The position numbers and the translations under genes were made by a program. From Lytechinus pictus (Eukaryota), in assembly GCF_037042905.1 (NCBI RefSeq), contig NC_087248.1, forward strand, positions 30,504,001-30,568,000: a DNA stretch of 64,000 nucleotides, read 5' to 3'. The notes under the pieces were generated by a model. That model worked only from the letters and a program-made list of their open reading frames with translations, was not told the DNA's origin and did no database searches. Below are positions 34,103 to 48,174 of the stretch, one piece after another; within the stretch, counting starts at the first letter, position 1, and each line of letters opens with the position of its first letter.

Positions 34103-36889
34103 TATTATTATTTATTATTATTATTATTATCATTATTATTATTATTACAAATATTATTATCATTTTTATTATTATCATTATTATTAGAGGCGATAACCTT
34201 TTCCTCGAAATGACAAAGAGTAAGCCATTGTCCACGGGAGAGATAGTATTTCCTCAAAATTATAGGATCACAGTATATGAAGCACAAAAGAAACAGTTCT
34301 CTGAGTAATAAATACATATAAAGAGAAGAAAGAAGTATTTGAAAGTCTGATGAAACTGTTACTTCACCTATACTTTCGGCATTTATTCAGAGCATTATTT
34401 GGAATACGTCTTTATTTATGGTTAGATATACTCTATGTCTATGAGCAGATGAGGGGGATGAAATTTTGATTTTGTTTAGAGTACTAGGACTGGAGAAAAG
34501 AAGAATAGAGAGAAAGGGCGGGCAGAAAAGGGAGAACTAGAGAGATAGTGGGAAAGGGGGAACGAAAGTCATAAAAATAAGATAATAATAATTATAATAA
34601 TACATAACATTATAAGGCGCTTACTACCGGTGTTTCTAAGCGCACTGTGTTCTGTTTATGGTTTGTACTTGGGATTAAAAGAAAAGAAAAAAAGAAAATG
34701 TGGCAGGGGAAAATGACACAGCTAATGATCGCAAGAAAGAAAGATGGAACAAAGAAAAGGAAATAGAAAGAAAGATGGAAAGAAAGAAAGAAAGAATATA
34801 TAGGAGAAAGAAAAAAATGAAGGAAGATAGAAAAAAGAAATAAAGAGATACGAAAATTGCTAGTGAACAACAAAACTGCACATTCCAGTATTCCTCCCTA
34901 AATCATCTCTGTCTATCAGTATCTTATGGATGTTGCAGCATCTCATTATGAGGAATGGATGAGTCATCGCTGGATCGCATCCCACGATGAAATACGAGTA
35001 GGGTTTGAGATGGAGGATGACAGCACGCATTGCAAGCATCCCTCAAACAGTCTAGTCTGCTCCATCCAGACGTTACTGAAGACTAAATTTAGTATTCAAT
35101 TTAAAGCATTTGAAAAAAATTCCCTCAACCCTTAAGCGAAAAGTTATTACCTTGTCCAATTCTCTTCAAGTTACACTCTGATAATGATTGGTCAAAGTAA
35201 CGGTTGGTCAATTAGGTTTTGCCCAATCAAACAAAATCGTCAAAATGAACCTAGGCCCTATTGGTTAGAAATAGAATGTGCTAGTATAATGATTATCCAT
35301 TGGTTTTGGTAATTGATCATTATCATGATTACTTGTTGGTCAATAGATCAATGCTGTTTAAGAATGTATACGCTTTGGAGCATTTTACCAACGATTCTAG
35401 CAAATTGCCTGAATTGCCAGTAAATATATGATTTCGTTTGAAATTATCATAAATTATATTTTTCATGGATTTGTGCTGTTATTCGTGTGAATACTATTTT
35501 ATAATTCGTATGTGATTTAAAAACTTGTGTTTATAAATTTTCATCTTATGTACAAGAGAAAATAGTATTTTATTATTTTCTTTAGAAATTCTTTCATGGA
35601 AATTCACTGAAGCTCGAATATGAGTATGAACGACGCTACCTCCACCTAATCTATTAAATCACAGGATCTATCATGTTCTGAGGCCTTTCTGCTAAACGCC
35701 AAATAGATCAAATAAAAAGAATGATTTGCCTGAAATAGGATTTTCCGGCAATAATGAATATTCTGCTGTTACAATTTTGCAAAGACCGCTTAGTGCTTTC
35801 AATCCCATAAGACTTGTAGAAATTATTTCGTGTAACAACATTGGTATGAGAGATGCCAAAACTCTTTACTCCGACAGTTTTGCAACGACGATTGCATATT
35901 ATATCTAAAATCTAGGCAGTGGTTTGGGGTTTCACTCTCTTCACAAAAACACTCGCTATCATACATCCCTAATTAAAATATTCTGATTCCGATTTTTGGT
36001 GGCTATTTTTCGTGCATTTATCTAAATAGATTTGAAATGTTCTTTACCGTCATTTTCATAAATCTACAATACAATATGATACACTGAAGTGACAAGCATG
36101 TATAACAGACGAAAAATCAAAATGCCAATACCAAAATCGCCAACATAATTGCATCAAACGACGGCCCAAATTATATCATCAATACTGACTGTAGTGAAAA
36201 TTTATTGTTCACAGATAATGTATATTGATTCATCCTTTTTCATCTGAATTGAGATTACTACACTGATACCACAAACGTTTTTTTATTCTACATTTCTTCA
36301 GAGACTATAATTTGGCTAATTCACTCTTTATTTAAATGATATGAATCACGTTCGTGCACATAAAATCTGTGGCTAAACTGTTCAAAGCAAGTACGGTCGA
36401 ATGAGATAGGGAGGGGGGGGGGAGGAGAGATTATTTTCTGAAAAGATTTAATGTGACCTGAAATGTATACTTTTGTTCAAATGAGACGGTTTCTATGGCA
36501 ACCGGTAATGTGAGCTGGTCGCTACTGTTCGATAAAAAAATAAACCTGGGGTTCCACAGACCATGAGTCAGTCATTGCATACTGCGGTCTAATAACACCT
36601 TCAACAAGAATCATCATACATGTTTGTATTCAGTATTCACGAACCGAAACTAACAGCTGGACGGAAAAGGGAGTGTTAGAAAGAAAAGGTTGTAGCATTT
36701 TAATATTTTAGTATTGTTCTTCCTTTTTCCCCCTTTTGTATAGTAGGCTATTCGGCCCCTCTTTCTTGGATCCGCTTTATTGGCGCACAAAATGTGAACA
36801 TAACTAAAGGCATATCTACCCGGGTTTTTTTTTCTTCAAATCCTCACAGGTTATTGCCCATTTGTATACACCGAGTACAAGTCTATTGT

Positions 36890-37256
36890 CCCGGGGTGCC
36901 ACTTCCATTGACGAGTGGATACCATGCGCGACCATGGGGTATCGTTGGGTTTAGTAAAGCCCAACCTCCCACATCTCGCGCAAATCGTACTCTAAACACG
37001 TAGTGTTGACTCTTGGGGCAAAAGTACAACCTTTATAAAACATTTTAGTCTTAATTTATTACACCCTCACAAATTTGACCCTAAACACGTAGCTTTCCTA
37101 GCAAAAATAGAGACCCTTTTTTCATTATTTTAGTGTTTTTGACACCCTTATCACGGTACGTACGTAACGTGCCCTATCTTGAAAAAGACATCCTTTTTAA
37201 GTGTTTTTTGGTCGCGCATGGTATCCACTCGTCAATGTAAGTGCCCGCCCCCCGGG
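36890..37256. mobile_element. MITE with CCCGGG ends
   Basis: Inverted CATTGACGAGTGGATACCATGCGCGACCA arms and an 8-bp TSD TCTATTGT (36882-36889, 37257-37264). Confidence 0.85.
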
Positions 37257-38668
37257 TCTATTGTTCTTTATGCTCTACCTACCCTATTGCTACAGTATAG
37301 CAAGTTTAATCTAGATGTAATTCAGAATTTCTCTAGCGCCATCTGTTGTGCTTTCATAACTGTTGTGCTTTCATACTTAAAACACAGATCTCTGTTATAT
37401 TTACAATTGTGGTGAATATACTAGTAGCCTATTGGAATGATCATTGCAACATTTTGTAAAATTGTCTTTGCCTTAGAAAAAGTATTTCTACCATTATTGA
37501 CAGCATTGGTGTATTTTCTCCTTTCATGCTCTCTTATGTGAAGATAAAGGTAAATTTGAAGAAAGGAAATAGCTTCAAAAAGTTGTAACTCGTAAATGAA
37601 AAATTGAGCATGACTGTATTGGTAAAGTTTTGGATCGATCTCACTTTATTATGTAATTTTTATTTCTCTGCACATCATAATCTAGTTAAACAGTTGATAT
37701 TATCATGATTAGTATCGATGACACGAATTTCTTGAACGCCTCTCTCACCTGTGCAGTGTAGCCTGCTGTTGCGTAAGGAAAATAACCCCACACCACGAGT
37801 GAAAAGTGTCGATAATGAGATATACCCTTGTCACGTCACTCTGTTTGTGTCAATATAAATTATGTATGCATAAAGTATGCTTGCCGGCATTTATTTCTGT
37901 CTGCTACGGTAAGATTTTGCTCGTCTTATGTAGAATATGTCCAGTAATTCACCTTTTCACTAAAATATAAGAGTGCCCCCTCCCCTCCCCCGACAGAATT
38001 TCGATTATTTTTGTTTGCTTGTTCGAAAATATTTGTGATCTGTGGTTTCTGGAAATAGTATAATATCTTTGACCTCTTATAATAATTTTTTGGGGTTGCC
38101 CCAAAATTTTGACGGTGAAGTAATTTCAGAAATGGTGGTGAGCACGACTTCTTTTCCCACAGTTTTTATTTGTGAGGAATTTTTGTACCTCTCCTGACGA
38201 TATTTTCCAGGTCTGCCTGTAACCCACACACTGTTGTTCTGTCGTGGCCGTCATCTCCATGACTTGTAAAGATCAGAGTAAGATATTTGGCCGGAACTTA
38301 GCATGCTGCACAGCCTTCCTATTTGCAGCCTTCAAGTCGTTTGAGCTACGGGATGGGGGAAGGTGTGACATGGTGGAATCACCATAATCCCAATTGACGC
38401 TATAATCATCTATGTAACCCTACTTTTTCATTTTGGATATGCATCTGCTGTCATTTCTGTGAGAATTCGGGTTAAAGACTTATACTATATGATTAGGGCC
38501 TCCGACCTTCGTACATAAATGTAGATATGGTAGGGACAGAATTAGTTCATAAACGCATCCGTATCCAATTCAGCAACAATGGGACCAATGTAGTAATGTT
38601 CTCCGAAATAAACAAAACATACAGCAGCATTGAATCACATTCTGTTCTCTTTTCAACCTCTCTTACAG

Positions 38669-38891
38669 CGCGAATGTATCTCAGTCCACATCGGCCAAGC
38701 CGGAGTTCAGATGGGCAATGCCTGCTGGGAGCTGTATTGCCTCGAGCATGGTATCGGTCCCGATGGTCAGATGCCCTCCGATAAATCTGTTGGAGGTGGT
38801 GATGACTCCTTCAACACCTTCTTCAGTGAGACTGGATCTGGGAAGCACGTCCCCCGTGCCGTCTTCGTCGATCTCGAGCCAACCGTAGTCG
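38669..38891 (+). CDS. TUBA: Alpha-tubulin A, exon 2
   Basis: AG|[28 protein letters not shown]...DLEPTVV|GTAAG, 223 nt. Confidence 0.97.
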
Positions 38892-39141
38892 GTAAGAATT
38901 ACATTTCATTTTCAAGCAAAGAATGGAATATATTTAAACAAACAAAAACTGTGATGCCTTTATCAGGTTCTTTTTTTGTTTGGTGTATCGCAGACACATA
39001 TCAGGTTCTTTTTTGGGGGGTGTATCGCAGACACACGCCTTCGAAAAAAAATTACGATTACAAGTTATTTCTTTAAAAAAAGAATTCACACAAAGTATCT
39101 TTTATATACTAAATAATTTCTCATTACCTTGAACACGTTAA

Positions 39142-40305
<1,164 letters not shown>

Positions 40306-43300
40306 GTGATAAGATCACCAGTATGTAAATTATTCAATCGGGTTCACACCAAGTGAAAGTCACCTGCGTTATTGTGCAACTTTCTGAAGTATCTTTCTGA
40401 AACAACTTTTAATGTGGACATTCGTGTAACATAAGCTATGAGTGTGTAATCCATGCAGTGTATCGTTCGTCTTGCTATATATAGTGCAGTCGGTTCGTCT
40501 AATAAGTGGTATGGATATATTTAAACTTTATATGTGTTCAGGTAATTTTTGAGTGAAGCCTCTCACAATATTTGTATGGACTGTATAGCGGTGCAATCAT
40601 GAGTGCGGTAACATTGCTCGGATCGCGTTTCCTAAAGCTGTTCGTCACTTTTAGATGCGACAGTGCTAAGTGAGATACCCTGATGTTTTACTATTTTAGG
40701 GGGGTATTTCTTATCACCCTCAGGAGTGGTTAACTTAATTGGCATTCAGATGGTAAGAAATTTCATTTTCAAAGCTCGAATGTCAACATTAACTGATGGA
40801 AATCAAACTTATTGAAAATCTGTTTGGCATCTGACGTCGCTCATCGTGCGTAAAGTTGTGATACACTTACGAACCATAACCATATAGTAATGTTTGACTG
40901 GCGTCGGCTCACTTTGCATAAGTGTGTGCAATTTCCTCATCCAATTAATCAAAACAAGGGAAGGAGCTCGATGTATAGACCATAGCCACAACTTGTATTT
41001 ATTAAAGGAATGTTCAGGGCCTCACAATCAAAGATGGTTTGAAAATCATAACCATGCACATATGAAATTTGTATTTGGATAAAATGCAATATTTCGATAA
41101 ATATACAAATTATAAAACCAAAATTCCAGATGGTTATTCACGAAGGACTATAGCAACACACCTTTGCTGCTGTAAAATATATATGCACCGTTTTGTAATT
41201 AATTGCACTTGTTGGCAATGGTGTGAATTACACCCTTGAGCATGTTGATGATTAAGAAATGTTTTAATTTTAATATTATGCCAATTCGTACCATCTATTC
41301 ACCATTGAGAGTACAAAGTGAAGATAACTACACACATATACAACAAAAACCTTTCATATAGTAGGCAGTCATGCCTAGTGTGGCATTCGGAGGGTGTAAC
41401 ATCGAAATGATTTTCTTACTGTGACCTTCGTCTTTCGACACGTTCATAAAGTCAAGACAGGGCGAAAATTTCACCCCAAATAGTCATGATAATACAAAGT
41501 ACATAAGAATTATAATGACCAATTGATGATCGAAGCTATTCGTCTTCATTTACATGTATATAATACCACGGCAGTTTCACTTGGTTTAACTTTTATAATC
41601 AAGTATAGACTTAAAACCTGTCAATCATGTAAGGAGAAACTGAAAACCGGATACAGAGTTAAAAAACATAGAGAATACAAACAAATCAGAGAGAAGATCA
41701 AACACAATTTTACATGATAGAGAAAATAAGACCTGGATGAGAGTCGGAGAGGCTGCCTGATTATAGAAAAGGCTAACTTAATAACCACAACCTACAGGTC
41801 TTCCTCCCCTAACCTCCCCAATTCCATCTAGGTCAGCATCTGGACCAGGATCTCCATCCAGGATAATAATTTAAAAAAAATTTAAGAAAATTTAACAACT
41901 TGTATTTTGTGTTTTATATTGCTATAAATAATATTGAGTATTATGACGTTATTGTTGTACAATATCGTGATGTTTAAGTTTTTTTTTTATTTCAATATTT
42001 CTATGTAGGTTCTGTTCTACGCAAATGAAAAAACAATCGACAATTTATAAGGTTTGTGTGGCAACAAGCTATTTTATAAGTCAAACAATGGCATATTCTA
42101 GTAGAATACATGTATATTATCAATGCAAAGTAATATTTGTACGGGGGAAATGGAAGACGTTTTGTAAGGGTTAAGATTAAACAGTAGTGGCTTACATTTA
42201 TATCCGCATTATACAAAAACAGTATTGTGCTTTAAACACTTGCCAAAGGAAACGATTGTCGACGCTTTCAGAATGAGAACAAAAATATTGAAAACAAACG
42301 ATCAAAAATGTATTATTATTTTGTTAAAAACAACCGACATAGGTGGTTGAACAGATGAATTTGATTTTTATTTGTAGAAAATAAATAAAAGCTTTTTTAT
42401 GATTTTATGCCAATGCATTTTAAAGCTGTATATTTGTGTGTGTATTTAGTCTCTTACTTTATTTATATGTATATAAAGTGTCCTTTCCCTAATCATTTGA
42501 TTCACATAAGTATATGAGACCAGGATAAACCCACTATGCTGTCCGTCTCATTGAGGAGGGCAAGGGGGGGGGGGGGAATTAATTTCAGTAAAGCAATACC
42601 CAAGATACATGGTATAGCTTACTTGATATAGACCCCAAACAATGTATTCTTGTATTATGTATTAAACTTTCCTACTAAATAATTGGAAACCGAGTTATTT
42701 TCCCCAATGTGCCATGGCAAAAGTGTCCTATGCTTAATGATAATTGAATATGTATTTTAATAGAAACCTGTATGATATAATATGTCTTATATCGTAACAA
42801 GAAAGACGATTCATGGGAACAAGAATCAGGGCAGGAGAATCACCCAGTTCAGACGAGCTGAACAAGCGTCCCGGATAGGACGTGAAACTGTTCTCCCTTT
42901 CAATAACAGTAAGTCCAGATGAACAGATTCATTCTCTCCTCGTTATCTCAATGTTATCAAAGTAACGTAACGTCAGTTTGAAATCCCATGTTATTTGAAT
43001 TATATTTAAAAAAAACCGAGCTTTAACTATATTCAACACCCACAAGACCACATTCGTTTTCCAATAATCTGATAGTTTCAGTCACGTGATTAGCGTTCAG
43101 CTCTACTTTCCAAATCTACACAGCATGAAACGGTGTTTTGGCGCCAAACTCATGACATTAAAATTCAGAGTGATAGGTGCTAAGATGATCGATATCTATC
43201 CGGTACCATCGTCTGTCTGGAAACTAAATGTTGATAAATCATTGATCAATGTTGAGGGTGTAAAAATCCGCGTATGGTTCACAACGATTGATAATATTTC

Positions 43301-44997
43301 GCCAGATAAATCGATTTTCTTTTTAGTAGATACACAAAGAAACAGAATACAAATATAAATGAATTCATAATCCTTTCACTCAGTATGTGTTGAGATGTGA
43401 CTTTATTCTACCAACATGGTCGAATCGAGATCAAAATACTTTCAAGTGATACCTGAATGCAACATTTATTTAGGTATGTTGTTCTAAATACTATCAATTA
43501 AAGAAACCCCAATATTTCCAATTTTCATTTTGTCCGGTCTATTTACATGTCGGCCTATCATGATTATTAACATCGGGGTTCGATTGTATTGATGATGGGG
43601 AGGGGTGATTTGGTTTGATTTCATTAAAATTTAATAATTGACTTCTTCGTTCAACACTATGCTTTATTTTTTTTTTTACTTCATATAAAAAAATAGAATA
43701 CATTATTGCATTTTACATAATGAAATATCCAAACAGAATTTTACTGGTGAAACATAGTTTGTTGCTAGATGCAAATGTTCAATAATCCCAGACCGTTTCC
43801 TTACTGTTGATGTCCCACACATTCCATAACTATACAGACAACTTTCATGTAAGCAATCCAAAATAATGTAACATCAGTAACATATTCGATTGGAAAGGAG
43901 TCGGTTTCATTGCAATGAGGATATCTGAACGTTTAAAGGACCGATTTTACTTATTCCTCCTGTTACCTCGGTCGCGTGTGTCATCGATACTGTGTCTCTC
44001 TTATTCCCACCGTGTTAATGAACCTCGCTATTTTAATTCGTATGTAGAAAAAATATCCTATGTCTGGACAAAATAATGCCTTGCGCAATTGCGCTGACCC
44101 GCATATTCAGAAAGTGCAACTTTGCAAACACCACACAAAACAAATGGAAATAAAAGGAAAGGGTATACCTAATAATGAAACAAAGCCTTTGCTGCGGAAA
44201 AGCGTTGACTGCAGATATTTATATAATTTAGTATCCAATTTCATTTCCATTCTTTTGTCAGGGATGAAGTGAGGGCGGAAAGCATCCCTGTTACCTACAG
44301 GTGTTCTCTATTCCTAAAATGAATCTGGTTGCACCAACATCTGCTTACTCTCCTATTAAACAAGTAAATCATAAATTCACCGTTGACACGTTTATATGAC
44401 ACATCGGCACATGTTGCCATGGAAACTTTTTGCAGCTTCCATTTTGGTTTAGTGCTCGGAGGATGAAGAGTATAGTCTTCTTAGCAGGCCGTATAGTCTT
44501 TTCTTGTCTAAGGTAAAGATACATTAACACAATGACAAAAATAGACCTAAACTCTTTCGAGATTCCGCGGATGTCTATCTGAAGGCAACCACACACCATA
44601 CGATTGGTCTGCGGCCCGATTTTGGAATAAAACGTAATAAAATTTGATGAAATGGAGACATGGAACATCTTCTGTGGAAAGTTCTAAATTACCGTACAAA
44701 CATCTATGTTCATATCTGTGACTATACTACCATTAGAATAAAATCGAATTGAATATCTGGTCGTAATGACGTCTTAGCAATTGTATAATTGCTTACGATT
44801 TGAAACCCATTGGACCTTTGCTCCAAAATAAAGGCTTGCAATTACCCATTTTATTTAGTATTTTTGCATTAAATCTGAACTTGAAATAAAAGGATGCTTT
44901 TTATTTGATTTAATAGAGAATATAAAGATAAATATAATTTGTTCAAAAATCAGATTGTGAACTAGTCGTAAGGTGTTTGGTCAGGTGATCTATTAGC

Positions 44998-45685
44998 CAC
45001 ATCTCACTGTATTCTGGGACATGTTGGCCCTCTCTGTCTGTGAGTCACATCTGGCCTTATTCCGAGTCATGTTGGCCCTCCTGTGAATCATATCTGACCT
45101 TATTCCGAGTCATGTTGGCCCTCTCTGTGAGTCACATCTGCCTTTATTCCGGGTCATGATGGCCCTCTCTGTGAGTCACATCTGACCTTATTCCGAGTCA
45201 TGTTGGCCCTCTCTGTGAGTTACATCTGACCTTATTCCGGTTCACGTTGGCCTTCTCTGTCTGTGAATCATATCTGACCTTATTCCGAGTCATGTTGTCC
45301 CTCTCTGTGAGTCACATCTGCCTTTATTCCGGGTCATGATGGCCCTCTCTGTGAGTCACATCTGACCTTATTCCGAGTCATGTTGGCCCTCTCTGTGAGT
45401 TACATCTGACCTTATTCCGGTTCACGTTGGCCTTCTCTGTCTGTGAGTCACATCTGGCCTTATTCCGAGTCATGTTGACCCTCTCTGTGAGTCCTATCTG
45501 ACCTTATTCCGGGTCATGTTGGCCCTCTCTGTGAGGCTCAGCTGACTTATTCTGGGTCATGTTTACCCTCTTTGTGAGGCACATCTGACCTTATTTCGAG
45601 TCATGATGACCCTCTCTGTGAGACACATCTGACCTTATTCGGGGTCATGTTGACCCTCGCTGTGAGTCACATCTGAACTTATTCT
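44998..45685. repeat. 44-bp minisatellite, about 15 copies
   Basis: Consensus CTCTCTGTGAGTCACATCTGACCTTATTCCGAGTCATGTTGGCC. Confidence 0.95.
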
Positions 45686-47344
45686 CAAACCATGCTCGGA
45701 TAAAATTCGAAAACAGTTATCCAAATATAGAAAATAGTTCATTTGTATATTATTAATTCGATATACTGGCTTCTAGTAAAATATGTACTATTCATTTTCC
45801 AAGAAGCCAAAGAATGAAATAATAATAATAGTACTAGTAATAATAATAATAATAATAATGATAAACAATAATAATAATGATGAATGTAATTTATTAGGCG
45901 CATGAGAATACATAATCCTAGTTCAGCAATTGTCATGATATTATTTATTTTTCAAGGTAAAACAAAATTAAAAAATTCAAATTCGATTTTATTTCCAACA
46001 GAACATAAATTCATAATTTTATAATTACAGTCAATGATATGATGATAACGAGTAGAAAATAAAAAAATATCGAGTGGGGCTATGTAATGCTATATATTAT
46101 ATTGTATTTATGTTATGTAAACTCTCTATGTAGTCTGGATATAAATGTATTATTTATATATATCATTCATACATTTTAGTATGCCGTACCATGTATATGT
46201 CAGATTTTTTTTCAAGAAGTATTTCTATATTAGGCCTACATTTTTTGACATCCCGTTACCAAGATACCCGGACACGTTTAATGTTTCATGGAAACAATAT
46301 GTAAATAACCTGGACATGATTAAACTAATCAGCCAATAGGCACTCGCAAAATATGGTCATAGAAAACGAGAAATAAACATGAGGTCACCCTAAAACGACC
46401 AGCTATTAATGATTAACTCAATCGGGAGTTATATAATCTATGAAACTGATATCAGTATATACCGTGGTAAGGTGTGCCACTTCGTAAAACAAATATACAC
46501 ATTCCATTGTTGAATTCAAAGTTTATACGACCGTTACTAGGAGAAGTCTTTAGTTTGAGACCTTGCTATATCGAGAAGGGACATTTAAAAAAAGTTAATC
46601 TTGGTCTTGTATGTCCATGTTCATATAGTTACGTTCGCATAATGAGCCAAACATTTTGAGGGGACACAAAAAAGGCGCATACAGCAAAATTTCTTTAAAA
46701 AGCCGGTCGAAAACCTTTTTAGAACAGCATCTATTTTTTATTGTAACTGACTTCATAATTCACTTTTTTTCATTTCATTTTATTTGCTTTTGCACTTCTT
46801 GTTTTTATTTTACTTGTTCATAAACCTGTTTGAGGTCCAGGGCACCAAACCCCAATCTATACGCCAGCGTAACTTGACCAAACTGTATTTTCCTGTCAAA
46901 ATTGTCCTTTTTTTTTTCAAATAAAACAAATTAGATGAAATAAAAGCAAGTTGGTACTTTGATATAAAGTGGCTCAATGTAAAGTCATTAGAACAGATCT
47001 TAAGAAAATTCAAGCTTGTTTGTTTATAAAATTGAACGAGCATTTCATTCGTAGCATGAATAGGTCCATGTTTGTAATAACTCCTATATTTCTCTTTTAA
47101 ATTCGCTCCCATTTTCCGCATCCTATAAAAAACAAATTTTATAAAACTATCAGAGTATAGTATCCAAAGGATTCATATTTCATATTGTCTAACACAGCTG
47201 ATCTTAAATCTAAATATGTAATCAATCCTTTCGAGAAAAAGGGAAATGTTATATTCCGAAGCCTATTTCATATTAACGGGGTCTAGAAATGACAACTAGT
47301 AAATGTCAACGTCGGATCTTTCGCGCCAGGTTTGTAATGCGTCG

Positions 47345-47353
47345 TATTTAAAG
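47345..47353 (+). promoter_or_regulatory. Putative TATA box of alpha-tubulin B
   Basis: TATTTAAAG about 100 bp upstream of the ATG exon. Confidence 0.45.
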
Positions 47354-47447
47354 ATTGGTTCGTGGCAAACGATCATCATTCGATATCACAGCCGTCTGCT
47401 TGTTACATCGTAAAGCACAGCAGTCATATCTCCACCCAAAACTAATC

Positions 47448-47450
47448 ATG
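47448..47450 (+). CDS. TUBA: Alpha-tubulin B, exon 1 (ATG only)
   Basis: CTAATC-ATG|GTGAGT with an upstream TATA-like box; same architecture as gene A. Confidence 0.78.
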
Positions 47451-48174
47451 GTGAGTTAGTTTTAAATGTTTCTTTTATTAATGTAAATCATATAATATAT
47501 TTAACTGTGATTCGACACCAAGGCAAGTTTTAAGACTTTAAATCATTTAACTTGTCATCGCCTATTCTTAAAGACTAAATTCAAACGTTGTGCGATTTAT
47601 TTAAAGTTTCGTTAATCTATCTCTCAATATTTCTATCCAATTGTTCCAGATCGAATTTGTATAGCATTCCAATTTTTTAAATTTTACTCTGTTCTGTGGT
47701 ACTATCGTACAACAGTTGCTGACGTGACTTGGAACACTTGGCAACAATTTATTTAAAAAAAAATGGATTCTAACTGACTCTTGTATTATTACAACTCTCA
47801 TTGTGTTATTCCAGGACTCCGGGATAAGAATGAATCTAGCTTATCATGAATCCATGGTGTATTTTGGAAGTCTATACCCATTTGTTCAATTCCTTGACAA
47901 TACGCCTTATTTTAACGATTCCTGATGCATATCCTAATCATGATTTGCATCCTAAAATCCACTTCCATAACGAATGATTTCTTCTATATTTTGCGCGCCA
48001 CTTTTACCTCCGTTCTCATTGGACATGTTGGAGGTACATGTTGCTTATATCTGTTAAGATATTTTAATGGTTATACACGAGGTTGGCAGCTTAGCAACTG
48101 TGTCCACAGTCCAACCGTCAGAAGACCAAAGTCCAAAGACTATTTTGAGCAGTAACCATGATAACCAAGACATA

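Noticed and set aside
42800-44700. Possible additional gene between the tubulins (ORFs 43086-43358, 44369-44668)
   Set aside because: No recognisable domain and no consistent exon chain could be built by eye; a homology search would be needed.
44998-45685. CRISPR-like regular repeat
   Set aside because: Units are contiguous with no unique spacers, there are no cas genes, and the context is eukaryotic.
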